Source: an uncultured Oscillospiraceae bacterium
GTDB lineage: Bacteria > Bacillota > Clostridia > Oscillospirales > Oscillospiraceae
Reading direction: 5' to 3'
NCBI GenBank assembly: GCA_947626495.1
Contig: CANQSJ010000004.1
Location: 33,069-97,068, forward strand
Length of the DNA stretch: 64,000 nucleotides
Both the position numbers and the translations under genes were made by a program. This document shows positions 45,930-53,153 of this stretch, piece by piece. Positions within the stretch are counted from its first letter, which is position 1. Every line of letters starts with the position of its first letter. The notes beneath the pieces are model-generated. The model was not told where the DNA came from, did no database searches, and was given only the letters and a program-made list of their open reading frames with translations.

Positions 45930-46501
45930 ATCCGCTCACCGCACTTCGGGCAGATGATGACCCGCTCCGTCCCGGCCGGAGGTTCCGCGCCGGCCACCGG
46001 GGCCGGGGCGGCGGGCTGGGCCGCGTGATCCACGCGCTCCCGGCTGTTCACCGTCTCGACCTGGGCGGGCTCATACACGCCGTAGCTTTCCAGCTCCTCG
46101 TTGGTATCCGCGGCGGAGGAATTGAGCATGGCCAGAAGGTCCTCGTCCCATCCGGGCACGTCGATGTCGCCTTCCAGCCCCCGGATGATCTCGTCGAACA
46201 CGTTCATGTCCGTCACGCCCAGCTCGTACACCCGGTTATCGGCCAGCATCAGCTTCCGGCGCTGCTTGGCGTCCAGGCCGGCCACCACGCAGCACTCGCA
46301 GCTCTCGGCGCCCATTTCTTTCAGCGCCAAATATAGGCCGTTGCCCGCCAGTATCTCGCCGTCCTCGGCGACCACCAGGGGCTTGATCTGGCCGAACATC
46401 CGAATGCTGCGGACGTACTCTTTGATCTGCTTGTCCGTATGCCGCCGGATGTTCGTCTCGGTCATGTGCAGGTCGGCCAGCGCCTTGGTGACGATCTTCA
46501 T
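45920..46501 (-). CDS. ParB-like nuclease-domain protein with C-terminal zinc ribbon
   Basis: IRRHTDKQIKEYVRSIRMFGQIKPLVVAEDGEILAGNGLYLAL. C-terminal CPKCGERIC. Confidence 0.7.
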   Translation of the reverse strand: MKIVTKALADLHMTETNIRRHTDKQIKEYVRSIRMFGQIKPLVVAEDGEILAGNGLYLALKEMGAESCECCVVAGLDAKQRRKLMLADNRVYELGVTDMNVFDEIIRGLEGDIDVPGWDEDLLAMLNSSAADTNEELESYGVYEPAQVETVNSRERVDHAAQPAAPAPVAGAEPPAGTERVIICPKCGERICL

Positions 46502-47500
46502 TCCTGCAGCGCCCCCTTCCGCACCCGGTATCGCCGGATGAAGGAGAGGACAAGGCAGATGGCCACCACGATGGCCCGGTATTCGGCCATGGCCTGCCAG
46601 ATGCCCATGACGCCCATGGGGATGGCCACCTGCCAGAGCACTGCGGCGCCCATGTCGACCGCGAGGCCCACTTTACGCCCCCCACAGGATGTACTCGGAA
46701 TACAGGAAGCTGGACAGCGTGGACACACCCACGAAGGCCACCAGGGCCGCCTTGATCAGGTTCAGCATCGGGGAAAACTCCACCAGCGCCAGCAGCCCCG
46801 CGAACACCATGTAGATGCCAAAGAAAAGACCGCCCAGGGCAAAGGCGGCGGTGATGTTGATATGGTCCGTGCTGTCCTCGTTGGATTCGTTGTAATCCAG
46901 CAGCTCGAAGAAATAGGCGAAGATGAACGGCCCAGGCAGCAGCAGGAAGCTCTTGTAGAAGCCCACGCCCAGGTTGGCCCGGTCCAGGCCCAGAGGCGCG
47001 TCGTTCATGGCGCCGCCGGATCGGATGTAGGCCAGGATCGTGACCAGCACCATCAGCCCGTACACCATGGCCCATGAGAAATCGTCCGTCAGGACGTTCC
47101 GTATCATGCCGTATTTGAGCAGCAGGAAGATGAAGAACAGGCACACGGCGTAGGCAATGATGGTCCCGCCGGTGATGCCGATGGGCGTGTCGGCGAATAT
47201 CTCCCGGATACCGTTCATGTTGAGCCAGACCTGACCCACGCCCATGAACCCCAGGAATATCTTCACCGGCTTCGTCCTCATGTAGTGGCGCATTTCCGGG
47301 ATATACAGAACGATGATCCCGAACAGGACGCAGGCCAGGGAATTTCCCAGACCCCAGATGATCGCCGGGACCAGCCCGTTCTCATAGGTGATGGTGCGGA
47401 AATTCATCAGCGACCCGACGCCCGCCCAGGACGCGGCGATGCTGACGGCGTAATACAACAGGGGATGCGCCTTGAAGCGGCGCGTGATCTTTGAAAACAT
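46498..47500 (-). pseudogene. multi-pass membrane protein (transporter-like) split by a frameshift in a G6 tract
   Basis: ORF 46673..47500 (strong AAAAAGGAGG RBS, 8+ TM) stops right after a G6 run (plus strand C6 at 46678-46683). Removing one G joins it to frame 46498..46728, which continues with a further TM segment and ends in an ATGA overlap with the next gene. Confidence 0.5.
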
Positions 47501-47610
47501 ATCGTTTTCCTCCTTTTTTAGTGGCCCCGCGGCGGGCCGGTTGGCGACCCGGCGCCCGCCCAGGGCAGACCGACGCGCAAAGGAGAAACGCGCCGGCTGT
47601 GACCTCCTTT

Positions 47611-47645
47611 CCAAAAAAGCTGGCGGCCCCACGCGGGGCCGCCCG
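47611..47645 (-). terminator. rho-independent terminator after the late-regulator gene
   Basis: Minus strand: GGCGGCCCC-gcgt-GGGGCCGCC followed by AGCTTTTTTGG. Confidence 0.6.
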
Positions 47646-47710
47646 GCATTTCAGATTTTGCGAGCTTACCATACCATGACCGTTGTCGAAACATCAAGCA
47701 TCAGAGCGTA

Positions 47711-48112
47711 TCAGTCCGTTGCAAGATTCAGATACCTATAGCACACGGATTTCACGCTGGCCTCCGTGTTCCCGCCGCCGATCACCTGCGCGACCTGCCG
47801 CCAGAGCAGCCCGCGCAGGAACCGCAGGCGGAATATCATCCGGGTCTGGTCGTCCCGTATGCCGTCTATAAAGGCGCCGATGACCACTTCCTCCCGGGCC
47901 AGCTGCTCCCGGAGGGCGTTGATGCGGCCCTCCATGTCGGCGATCTCCACCGCCAAGCTGCCGACCCGGTCATATACGCCCGGGGCGTGAGGCATCCCCG
48001 TAATGACCTGGGCGCCGGGAGTAGCCGCCGCCCGGAGGGACGCCAGGATTTCTTCGTCCTTCCTCAGCTGCTCCCGCAGGTCATAGTGTTGTGACAACTC
48101 CTGCAAAGTCAT
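47711..48112 (-). CDS. DUF1492 / sigma-70 region-4-like phage late transcription regulator
   Basis: MTLQELSQHYDLREQL...GMPHAPGVYDRVGSLAVEIADME...MIFRLRFLRGLLWRQVAQVIG fits the family layout. Confidence 0.55.
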   Translation of the reverse strand: MTLQELSQHYDLREQLRKDEEILASLRAAATPGAQVITGMPHAPGVYDRVGSLAVEIADMEGRINALREQLAREEVVIGAFIDGIRDDQTRMIFRLRFLRGLLWRQVAQVIGGGNTEASVKSVCYRYLNLATD

Positions 48113-48127
48113 GGTATGTAATCCCCG

Positions 48128-48277
48128 TCAAAGCTCCATTTTTGTCTGTTCGGGCCGCTCCTCCTCGATGGAAACGACCTTCGTATCCCCGAAGCCCTCC
48201 AAATACTGGGCCATGGCCTCCTTCACGCCCTGGACCAGCCACGAGGGACAGTCCACCGTCACTGTGATCCTGACCAT
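48128..48277 (-). CDS. small hypothetical protein (49 aa, below ORF-track cutoff)
   Basis: ATG at 48277 with a GGGAGGCGGAG RBS. Confidence 0.35.
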   Translation of the reverse strand: MVRITVTVDCPSWLVQGVKEAMAQYLEGFGDTKVVSIEEERPEQTKMEL

Positions 48278-48465
48278 ATCTCCGCCTCCCAGATGCGGCG
48301 CAGCGCCTCCCGGCGTACCTCGTTGGCGATCTCCACCCCGGTCTTTTTAGTCCCGAACACGTCCACCGTATCCACGGCAATCACCATTTCGTCCCCCGGT
48401 ATCAGCGCGGCCACCGCCGCCAGCTTCGGAAGGGCGGTGATCTTGTGCAGCTCCTCGATGTTCAT
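48259..48465 (-). CDS. hypothetical protein (68 aa)
   Basis: MNIEELHKITALP... ATGA overlap with the upstream gene. Confidence 0.45.
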   Translation of the reverse strand: MNIEELHKITALPKLAAVAALIPGDEMVIAVDTVDVFGTKKTGVEIANEVRREALRRIWEAEIWSGSQ

Positions 48466-48680
48466 ATCAGCGTCGCCCCCGCTTCTTCCTTCAGGACCGT
48501 TTTCAGATCGGGGATCGTCACCCGGCCCTCGTTCACCTCGGAGGCCAGCTTTTTGATCTCGCCCCAGAGGCGGTTCAGGTCCTCCGGCCCGAAGCCCTCC
48601 TTGTCGCGCAGGACCATGAACATGATGGACCACGAATAATCAATGAGCCTGTTCATGAGGTCCTTCTTGGCCTTCTCCAC
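48462..48680 (-). CDS. hypothetical protein (start uncertain: GTG 48680 or ATG 48656)
   Basis: Coding-like composition within the operon. Confidence 0.4.
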   Translation of the reverse strand: MEKAKKDLMNRLIDYSWSIMFMVLRDKEGFGPEDLNRLWGEIKKLASEVNEGRVTIPDLKTVLKEEAGATLI

Positions 48681-48712
48681 GTCGGCGACAGTCAGCGGCC
48701 GGCGCCGGGGGG

Positions 48713-49081
48713 TTAACCTTCTTTTTCTTCTTCTTCGCCATGGTCCGCTCCTTCCCCGGCGACAGCGGCGTTTGCCCGCTCCAAAAGCGCCGGCATCATC
48801 TTCTCCTGCTGGGCCTTGATCTTGTCCACCGCCCGCACATACTGGCGGATGGTCTTTTCCCGGAACTTGTTCGCCTGGGCCACTTTCAGCTTCTCCTGCA
48901 GCGCCCTCCGGCGGGTTATCAGCTCCCGCATAGGCACGTCGGAGGCAAAGGACACATACTTCTTGCCGCAGTAGGGGCAGGTGAAGTAGTCGATGTGCAG
49001 GTCCCCCTCCTCCACGTGGCCGATCTGCGCCCCGGTCAGGTAGATCATCTGCTTACAGCCGTTGCATTCAACGTACTTCAT
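48713..49081 (-). CDS. zinc-ribbon protein with coiled-coil tail
   Basis: MKYVECNGCKQ...FTCPYCGKKY. GGAGG RBS. Confidence 0.5.
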   Translation of the reverse strand: MKYVECNGCKQMIYLTGAQIGHVEEGDLHIDYFTCPYCGKKYVSFASDVPMRELITRRRALQEKLKVAQANKFREKTIRQYVRAVDKIKAQQEKMMPALLERANAAVAGEGADHGEEEEKEG

Positions 49082-49271
49082 CGGCGCCTCCGACCCCCAC
49101 ATACTTCCTGTAGAGGCCCGTTTCCGGGTCCTTCACCAGGGGCAGCTCCTTCCGGCGGGCCGCCTCGCTCCGATTGAAGCCGCAGGTCAGGCAGTCCGCC
49201 GGCCTGAACTCCTTGCACCCGCCCGCCAAGCAATAGCTGCGGGAGGTCTCGCCCTCTTTCCTCTTTCCCAT
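49068..49271 (-). CDS. small Cys-rich hypothetical protein
   Basis: ATG at 49271 with GGAGG 9 nt upstream. Confidence 0.45.
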   Translation of the reverse strand: MGKRKEGETSRSYCLAGGCKEFRPADCLTCGFNRSEAARRKELPLVKDPETGLYRKYVGVGGADEVR

Positions 49272-49287
49272 ATAAAACACCTCCGTA

Positions 49288-49452
49288 TCAAAAATAGCTC
49301 TTTACGACGTCGAAAATCGCCATGGCCCCGAAGGCCAGCGCCCCAATCACAAAGAACACCTGGAGCCTGTTGACCCTGCTCGGCGATGTCTCGGATTCAT
49401 GCGCCAGCACGATGAAGAAATACCCCAGCAGAACCAGTGCAATGGCCCTCAT
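49288..49452 (-). CDS. small two-TM membrane protein (54 aa, below cutoff)
   Basis: MRAIALVLLGYFFIVLA...VFFVIGALAFGAMAIF. ATGA overlap with the upstream stop. Confidence 0.4.
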   Translation of the reverse strand: MRAIALVLLGYFFIVLAHESETSPSRVNRLQVFFVIGALAFGAMAIFDVVKSYF

Positions 49453-49796
49453 TCAAACACCCCCGGAAAATCTTCTATCTCGAAGTCCCATGCCTTTTGA
49501 AACGACAGGCCCTCAGTATATCTGACGAGGTCCGCCAGCAGGTTCGCCACATTCCGAGGGTAGCCACGCCCCATGAGCAGCTTCACGAACCGCTTTCGGC
49601 TTCTACACCGATGGTGCTTCGGCACCGGCGCACTCTTGTACACTATACTGACCTCTTTTGGAACCGGGATCCCGGGCGGCCACGGGCTGGATTCATCCAT
49701 TATCCAGACCCCCGGCGGGGTCACGCTCGATACCTGCTCCGTGACGTCGTGCCCGTTCAGAAAGACCCGAACCGGCGTATGTTCATCTGGTCCCAT
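49449..49796 (-). CDS. hypothetical protein (115 aa)
   Basis: ATG at 49796 with a GGAGGCAGGAG RBS. Confidence 0.5.
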   Translation of the reverse strand: MGPDEHTPVRVFLNGHDVTEQVSSVTPPGVWIMDESSPWPPGIPVPKEVSIVYKSAPVPKHHRCRSRKRFVKLLMGRGYPRNVANLLADLVRYTEGLSFQKAWDFEIEDFPGVFE

Positions 49797-50502
49797 GCTC
49801 TCCTGCCTCCATTTCCCGCCGCAGCGATTCTTTGATGGTGTAGTCCAGGCCCAAAAACCTACATACTTTTTCTGCTCTCCGGCCAAAATCGGCCCAATCA
49901 ATATCGGATGGGTGGTAGTTGAGCTTGCCGATCTTTACCTTGTCCGCAAAGTTACCAAGCCTGCTGAGCGCCATAATAACGTCATCCGCATCCAGTACCG
50001 GCTCAAAAGAAATCCAGGTCTTGATGCCGAGGCCGTGCGCCCACATCAGTTTTCCCACGCGGTCTCTCTCCTTCACCGCGAAAGGTTCTGCGAGCACCGT
50101 TGGAGCTCCAGTGTATGTAATCCCGTACCAATCCTCGCCGTCCAGCAGGTCAAAGTCCCGGCTGCCGTCGCCCTTGGTGAGTATCTGGACGTGCGCCCCG
50201 GCTGCCTTGAGCCGCTTTATGACCTCCCGCGTCGGCGTGGTGTCACATCCGGTGGGGTAGGGGTCGCAGGTGAAACAGAGGTGGACGGTCTTGCCCGCAT
50301 AGTCCCCGGTGGCAAGCTGCTTCTCCAGCGGCACCAGGATGTTCCGGGGCTCCACCTTGCTGTGGAATTCCTCCTTTACCCGGTGGAGTACGCCCGGCGC
50401 AAAGCAATACCAGCACCGGTGCGGGCACCCCGTGTAGATGTTCAGCGCATAATCGCCGTACTCCTTCGCCGCGCCCCGCGGCTCATATATCGGTCCGCTC
50501 AT
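49783..50502 (-). CDS. radical SAM protein (small, SplB/DNA-photolyase-like class by eye)
   Basis: YTGCPHRCWYCFAP is the CxxxCxxC cluster. 239 aa. GGAGGAAG RBS. Confidence 0.8.
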   Translation of the reverse strand: MSGPIYEPRGAAKEYGDYALNIYTGCPHRCWYCFAPGVLHRVKEEFHSKVEPRNILVPLEKQLATGDYAGKTVHLCFTCDPYPTGCDTTPTREVIKRLKAAGAHVQILTKGDGSRDFDLLDGEDWYGITYTGAPTVLAEPFAVKERDRVGKLMWAHGLGIKTWISFEPVLDADDVIMALSRLGNFADKVKIGKLNYHPSDIDWADFGRRAEKVCRFLGLDYTIKESLRREMEAGEHGTR

Positions 50503-50507
50503 AGCCG

Positions 50508-50777
50508 TTACACTTCCTCCTTTTCGGCGATTTTGGCCACCAGCTTTTTCAGCCCTCTGGACCCCATGTATTCCGCAGCCCGTGGGATGGCCTTCTCAAG
50601 CAGTTCATCTTCGTGCTCTCTGACGGCGGCTTTGACCGCCTCAGCCAGCTCCTTTTTGTATGACCGTTCATCCCTGCCCCAGCGTTCTGTGAAGATCTCG
50701 TTGGCCAGCCGGCTGGTGAGCAGGTTGAACACCTCCTGCCGGATCTCTTCGTCCGGGATTTCGATGGTGATCTTCAT
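50508..50777 (-). CDS. hypothetical protein (89 aa)
   Basis: ATGA coupling. Helical, charged. Confidence 0.5.
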   Translation of the reverse strand: MKITIEIPDEEIRQEVFNLLTSRLANEIFTERWGRDERSYKKELAEAVKAAVREHEDELLEKAIPRAAEYMGSRGLKKLVAKIAEKEEV

Positions 50778-51187
50778 GCTGTGCCTCCTGCCGGCGAGCG
50801 GCGGTAGAGCGTCATCCCATCTTCCAGTCCTTCATCGAACGTGTACTCGCTCCGGCCGCCCAGGCTATTCGTGAGCCATATCCCCTCGTCCTCCGAATCG
50901 ACCTCCACCAGCGCCCAGCCCTCAAGCGGCCCGCCTTCGCCGTCATACACCATGTAGACCGGCTCACCATCCATATACCGCAGTTCCTCCAGCGTCAGCG
51001 GCTCGTTCTTCTTCGCCTTCTGCTGGGAGCGGAGAATGTTGATTGCTGTCTGGTAGGCGGATATTACAAGCTCGTCCGGGAGAACGAGGTCGCAGGCGGC
51101 GCAGTTTCTATCGCATCCTGGTCCAGTCTGCCGCTTTACGCAGGCCAACTCATTGGATAAAACTTTAATCGTCTCTTTGATGCTCAT
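50774..51187 (-). CDS. hypothetical protein (137 aa)
   Basis: GAGGAGGAA RBS. Confidence 0.5.
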   Translation of the reverse strand: MSIKETIKVLSNELACVKRQTGPGCDRNCAACDLVLPDELVISAYQTAINILRSQQKAKKNEPLTLEELRYMDGEPVYMVYDGEGGPLEGWALVEVDSEDEGIWLTNSLGGRSEYTFDEGLEDGMTLYRRSPAGGTA

Positions 51188-51767
51188 ACTGTTCCTCCTC
51201 TCCCTCGGGCGCGTCCACCGCAGCGTCCTCGCCGAATATCTCGGACATCATGCGGTTGTATTCCTTGAAGATGGCCTCGAACGCCGCCTCCCACCGTTCG
51301 CCATGCTCCGGCTCACCCGGCGCTGGCTCACCCACGGCGACGTGCGCCAGCTCGTGAGCGAATATCTCCGTGGCCTGATTCACGTCCAGACCGACCGCGC
51401 CGACCAGGACCGTTACCTCGCCGGTGTTCTTGTCAAAGTCCGTGACGCCGTATGCCTGGGAGCCGTCCGGGCCTATCAGGTCCTCCTTCTGGGGCGTCCA
51501 GTAGCAAGCGCAGTTCTTCTCCGGGTAAAGGTTCTTAAAGGCCACCCAGATTGCTCCGAACGGGTCATTCACAAAAGGGCTTGGAAACATCGACATCCCG
51601 CTCACCCCCGATTCACGGCTCTCACGACAAGCCGCGGCGTCCCGCTCCTTCTGCAGGGCCAGGTGGGCGGCAGCCAACTCCCGTATCTGTGCCATGGCCC
51701 GGAGCGGGTCGTTCTGGAAGTCCTCCAGCGTCCACTCGGCCATGGCCGTAATCTGCTCATTCGTCAT
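51165..51767 (-). CDS. HExxH zinc-metallopeptidase-like protein
   Basis: IFAHELAHVAVG motif. 200 aa. Confidence 0.55.
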   Translation of the reverse strand: MTNEQITAMAEWTLEDFQNDPLRAMAQIRELAAAHLALQKERDAAACRESRESGVSGMSMFPSPFVNDPFGAIWVAFKNLYPEKNCACYWTPQKEDLIGPDGSQAYGVTDFDKNTGEVTVLVGAVGLDVNQATEIFAHELAHVAVGEPAPGEPEHGERWEAAFEAIFKEYNRMMSEIFGEDAAVDAPEGEEEQYEHQRDD

Positions 51768-51930
51768 ATCCGATCAACTCCTTTGCTTTTTCGTAGGTGA
51801 CGCCGCGCCCGACGGCGACCACAAGCGTGTTGATTACCTCGCCCAGGGCGATTCTCCCGGCGTCCGTCTTGCGCATCTCGTCACGGAGCTGGCACAGCCG
51901 GCAGATCAGTTCTCCGTAAGTTTCAGCCAT
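51757..51930 (-). CDS. small hypothetical protein (57 aa, below cutoff)
   Basis: ATG at 51930 with AAAGGAGGAG. Overlaps both neighbouring genes. Confidence 0.45.
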   Translation of the reverse strand: MAETYGELICRLCQLRDEMRKTDAGRIALGEVINTLVVAVGRGVTYEKAKELIGYDE

Positions 51931-52318
51931 TACGCTCCTCCTTTTCTGATACCACGGTCATATACCGCTCGTACATATCCACGGGCCAGGGCTTCCGCTC
52001 ACGCTCCCAATCGCACACCAGGGAAGGGGATACACCCAGCTCCCTGGCCATGGACAGGCCCGTGATCTCCGCGTCTCTCCGGTCCTGGACTGCAATGCTG
52101 GGGTCGATGCCGTTGGCGGCGTTTATCATTCGGGCCTCTCTATGTGCCGCCATTTCCCTCTCGTGGGCGGCCTGGGCCTCCAATGCCTCCGGGCAGGTCT
52201 GGCTCTCGCAGGTGTACCAAACACCGCCCTCCAGGGTGCCGTCCGGTAGGGCTCTGTCATAAAATCCCGCCGGCCGCTTCGTCGGTTCCTGGCAGCCCTG
52301 GCACTTTTCAATATTCAC
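51923..52318 (-). CDS. zinc-ribbon plus HTH protein
   Basis: GTG at 52318 with GAGGAG 6 nt upstream. CQGCQ...CESQTC, then ITGLSMARELGVSPSLVCDWE. Confidence 0.5.
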   Translation of the reverse strand: MNIEKCQGCQEPTKRPAGFYDRALPDGTLEGGVWYTCESQTCPEALEAQAAHEREMAAHREARMINAANGIDPSIAVQDRRDAEITGLSMARELGVSPSLVCDWERERKPWPVDMYERYMTVVSEKEERNG

Positions 52319-52757
52319 GGCCTGCTCCTCCCCCCGGGAAGAACGTCTCCCGGACATTCAGCTTCGGTGCAAATGCAGCCTCCCGCATATCCTTGTCCCG
52401 GCTCATGCGTCGGAGCATCTGATCTCGGTATTCCGGGTCTGAAATGCTCCGGCACATGAAGTATCTGCAGAGTGCCGGCCGGACCGGATAGATCGTGCAT
52501 TTCTTGGCCGGCTTCTTGTCGTCCAGAAAGGGGCAACACATATCCACGAAATCGCCGGCGAACGGCGCCTTGAAGTGGGAGATGGGCTTGATGCCGTGGT
52601 GCTTTATGTAGGCCCTGATTCTGGATATTTCAGCGTCCGACATTGCCATGACGTTGATGCAGCACTCGCCGCAGCCGGTGCACTGGCCATCGACGCTTAG
52701 GTCCTTGGGCGTTGCATCCAGGTCTTTAAGCTGGACGCCCTGCAGAAACTCCGGCAT
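52308..52757 (-). CDS. YkgJ-family Cys-cluster (Zn/Fe-binding) protein
   Basis: CTGCGECC...CCPFL...CTIYPVRPALCRYFMC signature. Confidence 0.7.
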   Translation of the reverse strand: MPEFLQGVQLKDLDATPKDLSVDGQCTGCGECCINVMAMSDAEISRIRAYIKHHGIKPISHFKAPFAGDFVDMCCPFLDDKKPAKKCTIYPVRPALCRYFMCRSISDPEYRDQMLRRMSRDKDMREAAFAPKLNVRETFFPGGGAGREY

Positions 52758-52775
52758 GGTCTTCGCCTCCCTCGT

Positions 52776-53153
52776 TCACATCTGGGCCGCCCGACGCTCC
52801 TCCATCTGGGCGAGGGCGGCCTCTGCTTCATCCCGCGTGAGGAAGACGTTCTCCGGCTCAAGGTCATCGTATATCTCCAGGCCTGCCATGACCTCAACCT
52901 GCGGAGTGATGCGGCCGCAAAACACAACCTTCGTCACGCGCCCCTCGATCACACCCGGATTGCCCAAAGGCGGTACCGCGCTGATCAACCAAGCGGGCAG
53001 GCCAATCCACCCGGCAATTGCCGCTATCTCCGGAGGCAGACCGCTCTCCTCATAGGCGGCGAGGCGGGCGATGATGTTATTCTCCGGGCTCTGCGGCAGA
53101 TCCAGCCGCATGACGGGCACACCGTACTTGTTCCGCTCAGTCAGTCGTTCCAT
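52776..53153 (-). CDS. hypothetical phage protein
   Basis: ATG at 53153 with a GAAGGAGAA RBS. Confidence 0.5.
   Translation of the reverse strand: MERLTERNKYGVPVMRLDLPQSPENNIIARLAAYEESGLPPEIAAIAGWIGLPAWLISAVPPLGNPGVIEGRVTKVVFCGRITPQVEVMAGLEIYDDLEPENVFLTRDEAEAALAQMEERRAAQM

Noticed and set aside
47501-47610. preQ1-type riboswitch upstream of the membrane-protein gene (suggested by the CCACUAAAAAAGGAGG tail)
   Set aside because: The hairpin/loop sequence does not fit the preQ1-I consensus that I remember. The terminator lies upstream of the structured part rather than downstream, so it is not an aptamer-then-terminator layout. It is kept only as an unclassified structured leader.
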